Of a stretch of DNA of 64,000 nt, positions 55,365 to 64,000 are shown piece after piece. The stretch is taken from the NCBI GenBank assembly GCA_951406725.2, contig OX597818.1:87730001-87794000 (forward strand), given 5' to 3'. This DNA comes from Octopus vulgaris. Taxonomy: Eukaryota. The notes under the pieces are model-generated. The model was given only the letters and a program-made list of their open reading frames with translations, was not told the DNA's origin and did no database searches. Positions within the stretch are counted from its first letter, which is position 1. Every line of letters starts with the position of its first letter. The translations under genes were made by a program, and so were the position numbers.

Positions 55365-56206
55365 ATGCATATGTTTGTGTGTCTGTGTTTGTCCACCCAA
55401 CATCGCTTGACAACCGATGCTGGTGTGTTATGTCCCCGTCACTTAGCGGTTCGGCAAAAGAGGTCGAGAGAATAAGTACTAGGCTTCCAAAGAATAAGTT
55501 CTGGGGTCGATTTGCTAGACTAAAGGCGGTGCTCCAGCATCGACGCAGTCAAATGACTAATATAAGAAAAAGAGTAAATATGTATAAGTAATCAAAATAA
55601 ATAAACAAATAAATAAATAAGCAAAGAAAGAAGTAAACAAAAAATAAACAAAATATATGAAGAAATAATCAAAATATATTATTAATAGTTATTGTCAAGC
55701 TAATATGGCAGTCCAGAAATAGAGGACGAATGCTGCCGTTGATTAGCTCAAAGAAGCCATCGCCTCTAGCTAGCTATGTGGCACACGAACCTGTGTCCAT
55801 TATAACCTTCGAACAGGTGAAGTCAGCCGCTTCCCCTTCTGCATTGATAGGGGGTAAATACCCTAAAACTAGTCTGCAGATGCCTGACCAGCAAGGGGAA
55901 GTGGCTGACTTCCCCTGTTCGAAGGTTATAATGGACACAGGTTCGTGTGTCACATAGATAGCTAGAGGCGATTGCCTCTTGGAGCTAATCAACTGCAACA
56001 TTCGTCCTATATTTCTGGACTGCCATATTAGCTTGGCGATAACTATTAATATCCAGTACCGCTTAGAATTATTAATATTTCTATTTACAAAATAAGTTAT
56101 TTTGATTACTTATACATATGATTGTAATTAATAAATGGATCCAAATGAATACTGACAGGCTGATGTTTGACGATTGATTATCCTCTCCATTTTCTTATTT
56201 GCCTTA
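55051..56206. mobile_element. Long fold-back element with hammerhead-like fold at its centre
   Basis: Inner arms 55681-55838 / 55893-56052 closely matched; outer arms 55051-55141 plus 55578-55600 pair with about 56096-56206. Confidence 0.9.
55838..55880 (+). ncRNA. Variant or degenerate minimal hammerhead
   Basis: TCTGCA TTGATAG GGGGT-AAAT-ACCCT AAAA CTAG TC TGCAGA: all three helices present, four core substitutions. Confidence 0.6.
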
Positions 56207-57308
56207 TAAATTCTGGGTAAATTTCTGCTTTACCCCCACTCATACATATTATTCAATTGCGCTACTGCCCTGCAACAGCAAGCACTAGGATATAAATACG
56301 TAGGTATACATCCAGTAGTATATTGGATATACATTATCCCTTAGATGGTTGTTTAACCTCTAACTATCTCTCTCACACATACGCACGTATATATATGCGA
56401 CGGGCTTCTTTCAGTTTCCGTCTACTAAATCCACTTACAAGGCTTTGGTCAGCCCGAGGCTATAGTAGAAGACAGTTGCCTAAGGTGCCACGCCGTGGGA
56501 CTGAACCTAGAACCATGTAGTTGGTAAGTGAGCTACTTACCACACAGTTGATTACTGAACACGATGTAATCGACTTCCCCATCCCCATAAATTGCTGGCC
56601 TTGTGCCAAATTAGAAATCATTATTAAAGTTGGCCAGGAGTTACTACAAAATCAGTGATGAGATAAAAATTAATAAAATAGGAAATAACAAATATTGTTG
56701 CTATTGTCGTTTAAGCCAAACTTGATTTTCATTAAAGAGAACTACGAACAAATCTAATCACACCATGACCATCTCGTCTTTTAAGTGATAACCTATCTGT
56801 CCTTCCACGTTTATGAAGCGATGCCTTGATCTGAGCGAGTTGCGACTGCTGTTTCGTGCAGGTGCAGTGAATATGTAGAGATGTAATCGTTAGTTGGGGT
56901 GTTAACGCAAGAAAAAAAAAAGACTGATGCAGGTTGAATCTTTCGGATTTAAACTGCTTATAGACAACATTTAGAATAAAATGCACTTACATAAAGACTG
57001 GCTGAAGAAATGGCAGTATTAATGGTTATGTGAATGACTAGAAGGATAGATGAATGATTGGTAGGTGTTGGGAAGTTGTCACACGTCAATGAAAGGAGAA
57101 AAGAACTTTCGAGAATAATGAAGAATATTTCTAAAAAATGAAAATAAAGAGTTAGTTAAAGAGAAACATCAGCGAAAACATTAAAAAGTGAACAACAAGC
57201 TAAATTTTAACAGGCGCTAAGTGGCAAGATATAAATTTCATTATGTATGTGTGTATGTATATATATATGTATACATATATACATACATACGTATATATTT
57301 GCGTGTAT

Positions 57309-57372
<64 letters not shown>

Positions 57373-57736
57373 ATGTATATATATACATATAGAAATATAT
57401 ATATATATATACACACGTATATATGTGTATACTTATATAGACATACGCATATATGTAATGATGAATATATATATTAAAGAATGTGGCCGACAAACTATAA
57501 GTAAGCAATATGTTAGATAACATGCAGACATTAAAAGAAAAACAATGAAAAGATATTAAAAAGAAAAAAAACTATTTTGTTTCTTGGTGAATTATTGATT
57601 AAATGACAATAATCCGGCATAATCTCCAAAACTCCTGCTAATCTAAAGACGCCATCTTTTCATTCTTTTGTATATGTTATTATAAGATATAAATGTGCAC
57701 ATACACATACGTATGCACACGCATGTATATGTATGC

Positions 57737-57778
<42 letters not shown>

Positions 57779-57811
57779 GTATGTGTATGTATGTATGCAT
57801 GTATACACACA

Positions 57812-57854
<43 letters not shown>

Positions 57855-58341
57855 ACGCAATCGTATGCTTCCATATATCATCATAAGATGGAAGCCTGGT
57901 AAAATACAGCAGACAGCTTGTGAATCCAAACACCGACGCCATGACGTCTGACAAGACCACGTGATCATGTGACCCTCAACACTCAGCTGACACAATGGAG
58001 ATTAAATCTTAACCACCATTTTTTTGTCGTGATTTTTTTCTCCTTAATTCATTTGGAACTAAACTTTATTCTTTCCGGTTTGAACGGGAGAGATTTAGAT
58101 TTAGAGGAATGCGTTGTTATTATTTTCTTTCTCTCATATTCCTTCTCAGTTCCCTTTTCACTGTTCCTCTCTCTTTACGTCTTCATCTATCTATCTATCT
58201 ATCTATCTAGCTATTTGTCTGTCTGCTTAGATGTGTGTGTGTATGTTATAACTCTTATATAAATATGAATCCACCTGTGTATCTCTCTTTGTCGACGTGT
58301 CTCTTTGTTTTCCTCTCTTCACACACATACACACAAATGTA

Positions 58342-58401
<60 letters not shown>

Positions 58402-58403
58402 TG

Positions 58404-58435
<32 letters not shown>

Positions 58436-59431
58436 TATATATGTGTATATATATGTATATATATATTTGTATATGTACATACATATATATAAACACAAAT
58501 ATACATATATATGTATATATATATATATATATATATACATATATATGTATATTTGTGTTTATATATATATGTATGTATATATACAAATATATATATACAT
58601 ATATATACACATATATATACATATACATATATACATACATACATACATGCATACATACATACATACATGCATACATATATATATATATATATATATACGT
58701 TGCTATATGTTATCAGTTTGTACCCGTTTATATCTGCCAGTTTGTTACCTTTTTCTTTTTTCTTTCCTTTTTTCATCCTCTACATTTCTCTCTATATTCG
58801 TCTCTCTCACCCCTCATTTCTCTCTCTGTTTCACTGACCAGCCACCTTCTCTGCTCCATTATTCTACATTATCTTGAAAGATTATGAAAAATAAAGAAAA
58901 TATTCAGAAAAATAGAATAAATTGATAATTCACTCGGTGAAAGAAGAAAAAAGAAAGAAAGGAGGAATTCGGATAAGAAAAACAATAGGAGTAAATCACA
59001 TATATTTTAACTAGATGGTATTATTTCGGGCTGTAGGGCTAGATAGAACGTTTGAAAGGATTATCTTCTCTTATAATCTACGTACTGTGATTAATGATAT
59101 ATTTTTTAAAATCCAGCTCAGATATAAGTCGGAGATGACAGCAAAGAAGATAGGACGAAGACATATTAGCGAAACGATATTAGTTGCTTAGGGGCAATGG
59201 GTTTTGTCAAACCCACACCTTCTGGTAAGAAATATTTTACAACAATATAGATGATCTTTTCTTAAAGGGAAGAACCGAGCTAAATTAAACGTCTGACTGT
59301 AATGACTCCGGTTTAATTTTTGATATACAGAACCCAATATGTCGCGTTAGGTTGTTGTATTCCGTCATTAGTGTATCGTGTTTAGTGAGTTGTAAGAATT
59401 AACATGGAGAGAAAAAAAATATTGTTTATAG

Positions 59432-59693
59432 CAGCGGTTCTCGACCGCTTTTTTTTTACCAATGGACCCCTTCCGTTACTCTTTTATTCTGGCAGATCCC
59501 CATAGCCATTCGATGTCTGAAATTCCTATTTTGTTGTTCCCACGTAAAACGTCAAAAAAAGAAACCTAGCTATTTGTTGTAATAAATACATCTAAAGCAA
59601 AAATTTTTTTCATGGACCTTTAATATTAAAGCCTCGAGCTAACCAAAGCCTTTGTGAATGGATCTGGTAGACGGTAACTGAAAGAATCCCGTA

Positions 59694-59731
<38 letters not shown>

Positions 59732-60319
59732 TTAATCATATCAAAGGGAAATGGAAATTAATTAAAATTTTCATTTCCAGTGGCCTAACGTGTAAAAATT
59801 TAGTCCAAAGACTATGTATTAGTCATAAAATACAGTGTACATTTAAACACATAAGGAATCCACTCGTGGGATTCAACACGCTAGAAAGAACAGCTAGGTT
59901 CTATAACCACAAAAATTAGGGATAAAATTCGACAGGAACGAAATGAAAAAATAAAATGTTTTTATTTTTTCATTTCGTTCCTGTCGTATATATGTATATG
60001 CGTGTGTGTGTTTGTGTGCTTGTCGTGTTTGTCCCCACCAACACTTGACAACTGGGGCTGGTGTGTTTATGTCCTCGTAACTTAGCGTTTCGGCAAAAGA
60101 GGCCGATAGAATAAGTACCAGGCTTTTAAAAAGGGGGCGATATATTCGACTACAAATTCTTCAAGACGCTGCCTTTGCGTGGTCACAGTCTAATGACTGA
60201 AAGAAGTAGAAGATAAAAGACACTGTCGTAGAACCCCAATTTGGTATTTTGCTTGCGTGGATACCTAAAACCTGAAACGGACCTTTAGGGGTCATGTAGA
60301 CTCCAGTTGAAAACCATTG
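59432..60319. mobile_element. hAT MITE containing a SINE B (about 59635-60220)
   Basis: TIRs CAGCGGTTCTCGAC / GTTGAAAACCATTG; 8-bp flanks GTTTATAG and GTTTAAAG (7/8). Confidence 0.8.
59930..59986. repeat. Perfect 27-bp inverted repeat with 3-nt loop
   Basis: CGACAGGAACGAAATGAAAAAATAAAA-TGT-TTTTATTTTTTCATTTCGTTCCTGTCG. Confidence 0.95.
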
Positions 60320-61074
60320 GTTTAAAGTGACAGACGAGTATACAGACGAATGTGAGAGACAAACCTATAGCCCAGTGTTTCCACAACCATTTTTATCGGT
60401 CGCCCAAAACACTTGGATGGCTGTTATATCACTGCTCTCTCTCTCTCATAGTCTTATGTAAAACAGAAAGTGACGATGATTATAACCGTATAACACGATT
60501 ATTGTCCTTGGGTAGCAACTGTTATTTCCTATTTGCTTTCTTTAAGAAAATAGGAAAAAGAGTTAATATTTCCTTCCAGCTTTGCTTTTCTTACATTTAT
60601 TCAAATCCCAAAGAATTCCTCTCAACACATGGCTATGATGCTTCTCCCACTACACCTCCTCATTATGGGCGATGCACATATTGTCTGCTACTAAGGGACG
60701 TTCTCAAGTGGTTAAGGTCAAGCAACTAACAAGCACATCTGTGGTACTGAACACAGTATTTTCTATAACGATATTTCTGCTTCAGCGACTCAGCACTAAA
60801 TCCGTCTGAAATGTCATAAAAAATAGGTCAGTTGAGAACATTGATATCCAGGTCACGAAAGCAAAGTTTGAAGGGGATAGTAGTCATTTCCTTTGATTTC
60901 TAGATTATAGGAAATAGCACTTACTAACCAAAGACAAAAAAAAATTGTTTCACAGTGTTTGAATCATGGCTCTTAGCGTTTTTTCTGGTAGTGAGAGATG
61001 GACTGTTATAGAGATATAGATAATTAAAGTTATAGAGCAGACAGTTTTACTGAGCGACAGACTGACAAAATGTC

Positions 61075-61148
<74 letters not shown>

Positions 61149-61636
61149 CTGGTTTATTATCTCTTGTTAGGGCAAAAACTACCCCGCCTCATTAGACCAT
61201 ACCTGGTTCTGGAGCCATTTTGAGATCGTGGTGTAAGCTGAAGGTGGCTATTTTGAGTATCGCGTCATCTCCCAACCATGACCTAGTGAATATCTTTAGG
61301 CTTTTTAAACCAACTTCATTTTTGGATGGGATATTAGGTTTTCCCTTCCTTTTAGGCAAACTGTCAAATTTATCCCGAACACCCTGTAAATGTCACACTG
61401 CCCATAAAAGAAGGCCGTACTATAGACTGGCAAGACTCACTCACCAATACACATCGTACTCGAAGTCTAAACAAGTCTCTCCATTCTGCTTTATTTTTCT
61501 ATAGTTACTGCAAAGACCATGGTCATCATAGTTAGTTATCACACACCCGTCTCTCCTCTTGTCATCTATTTTGTTTCATTCACCTAGGTCTGAAATATTG
61601 TCGCACAATCCTTACATTCCAGAATATTGATTCAAC

Positions 61637-61685
<49 letters not shown>

Positions 61686-61773
61686 CAGACACACATATAT
61701 ATATATGTATACACACACACGCACACACACATATATATAGATATACATACATGCACATATATATGTGTGTGTG

Positions 61774-61807
<34 letters not shown>

Positions 61808-62139
61808 CTCACACACGCACACAAACATACATATATATGTATGTACACGTACATATGGAAATGTGTGCATATATGTATACATATGTGTGTATGTAGACAC
61901 GTACACATATGCACATACACACGCATTCATATATAATATATACACATGTATATGTTTAAATGCTAACCTACATTTATATTTTAAAAAACATAACTGCGTG
62001 CACACACAAACACACACAAACACACACACACACACACATACACACACACACACACACACGCACAGAGAAAGAGGTGGTGGTTGTTGTGGTGATGGTGGTG
62101 GTTGTTGAGAGGGTGGTGAAGGTGGTGGTGGGGGAGTTA

Positions 62140-62640
62140 AGATTATTTCTACTCTTTCACCATTGCCAGGTGATTTGCTGGGGAGAGAAAAGTCGGCCAT
62201 TGTTAAAGTTGACGCGGCCTGGAATGAGAGATTATGTAGAAAACAGGGTAGTTTACTCTTATGATCAATAAGATGGGTGACAGGTGGTGGCAAGTGGGTA
62301 GGTATGGATAGGAGAGGGGGAAGGAAGTGTGGTAGGGTGTTCAGAATAGGGTAGAGTAAAGATGATGAAGTGAAAAGGTGGGGGCGGAGAAGCAAGAGGT
62401 GGAAGATTGAAAGTCGAAATAATTATTGGTTTTGATGTTTAACAGTTGACATGGTGGTCACCAGTTCATTTGGAAGCTGGTCTGAGAACTTGTGGGGATG
62501 GGGACGCGGGTGGGGGTGGAAGTCGGGTGTGAATACCGCTGGTCATATGATGTTAGGGTACTGAGGTTGTGATGGCGGGGGAAGAGGTTACAAATTGCAT
62601 TTATTTTAGTGTTTAGTTTGGGATAGAAGGGTAGCGCTTA
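62140..62640 (-). pseudogene. Possible I-group LINE 3' relic
   Basis: Weak: CQLLN and STLTMADF resemble C-terminal motifs of such elements. Confidence 0.25.
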
Positions 62641-62647
62641 AAGCCCT

Positions 62648-62691
62648 TTCTTCTTCTTCTTATTATTATTATTCTTCTTCTTCTTCTTCTT

Positions 62692-62722
<31 letters not shown>

Positions 62723-62779
62723 TTATTATTATTATTATTATTATTATCATCATCATCATCATCATCATTATTATTATTG
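62648..62779. repeat. (CTT)n/(ATT)n/(ATC)n compound microsatellite
   Basis: Directly visible. Confidence 0.95.
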
Positions 62780-64000
62780 AGTGAGAGAGCAATCAATGCA
62801 CGCCATCAAAGTGACACTGGGGTAAAATATACGAAGCCCAGTATACTCATCATGACCACCCGTTTGATAAGAGTACACCAGGCACATGCATCACAACCAT
62901 ATGTGCACGACAATGTGATCTTATATCAAGATTAACAGCACATGACCTTGCAGGTGGGGCCCAGTTAGAGATCTAGTTTTTTCATTCGCAAAATATGCAT
63001 TTTTTAAAAGACAGTAAAAAAATCTGAAAATTGGCTTTAATATTAAAGTTTTCTGGTCTTATTGCTATGAAGGGATGATATTGTGGAGAAAACAAATTGG
63101 TGGTAAAAGTTACCGAGGTTTAAAAATCGAAAAAAAAACTGTATTTATAGCCAATATCGAGACAAAAATTTTCTGTGTTTAGCAGACCGGTGTCAACTTT
63201 CAGGGTGTACCCTGTGAAATTTATAGTTTAGCGTCTGACCTGTTATTGTAGGTTTGTAAATAAACAGAAATACCTAATAAAATCAACATGTATCATCTTA
63301 CTGTTTCTTTTGTCTCTTCATTGATTGTATGTTTTTATTATTTTTTCTTAGTTTGTAATATTAATATAATTGTCTGTATGTGTTTACTTAATGCGTATTT
63401 CAGTATTATGATTACCTGTCATGCATTTGTGTACATCATTAATATATGAGTCAATGTGTGTGTGAGAGTGTGTGAAAAGGGAGCATCTGTCTCCAAAACT
63501 TCAAAGTTGAGTAACGTTTTCATGCTTGGATTTGTAAGAATAACACTGGTCAACAAAGAATTTGTCTCAAGGAAAAGAATACCTGTTCTTATATGTTTTT
63601 GCATGCAGAATTCAAAAATAGTGGCAGATTATCTTATCAAGTTCACATATTCCATTCACCTTCACAATGCCAAGAAACTGTATAAACATCGGAAACGACT
63701 TTTGCTATATATCAAAAATACGTAAAATATTAAGACAAATATCTATTACAAAAATTATAATCGATTAATATAAATTTTTATTAAAACAAAACACGCGGAT
63801 GAAGTAAATCTCATGGTGTGAAGAATCAACACAATGTACGGTTGTCATGGTAACAAGCTCTTAATGCCTCGCTATCTGTTGATTGGCTAAAATTACCCGA
63901 ATTTCCCAACTTTAATTCCAAATAGCATCAGATTCTTTAAGTTACGAGATAAAGTAATTGGTTGATCATAATCAAAATTCAGAGTTGCATCGATACATCA

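Larger units (their letters stand above)
54670..56625. mobile_element. Four-level nested insertion (SINE A, SINE B, fold-back, SINE B)
   Basis: Split halves 54670-54810/56547-56625 and 54812-55040/56395-56546; fold-back 55051-56206; inner SINE 55143-55577. Confidence 0.75.

Noticed and set aside
61220-61504. 94-aa ORF or mariner-like terminus CAGGGTGTTC on the minus strand
   Set aside because: No partner TIR and no convincing protein motif

Overview
AT-rich, microsatellite-saturated animal DNA. The repeat density and SINE families resemble an octopus/cephalopod genome (inference). No intact host gene is evident; one candidate minus-strand terminal exon lies at about 2.5-2.7 kb, and almost all listed ORFs are simple-repeat artefacts. 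The window is a graveyard of retroelements: a near full-length Tx1/L1-clade LINE (22.9-28.7 kb) plus a truncated sibling in the same (TATC)n tract, R4/Dong-type LINE relics tied to (CATA)n and (TAA)n, a Penelope-like GIY-YIG element, RTE and CR1/L2 relics, Tc1/mariner and hAT derivatives, and many tRNA-derived SINEs. Highlights: (1) two unrelated long fold-back elements, each with a hammerhead-ribozyme fold in its central spacer, plus several minimal hammerheads in Penelope-type fragments; (2) apparent (GATA)n targeting by the Tx1 LINE; (3) a tRNA-SINE subfamily whose 3' tail matches the Tx1 3' end; (4) a fixed-spacing CCAAT/CRE array with TATA, ATG and splice donor downstream of the Penelope ORF. 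All calls were read by eye; boundaries of degraded relics are approximate.
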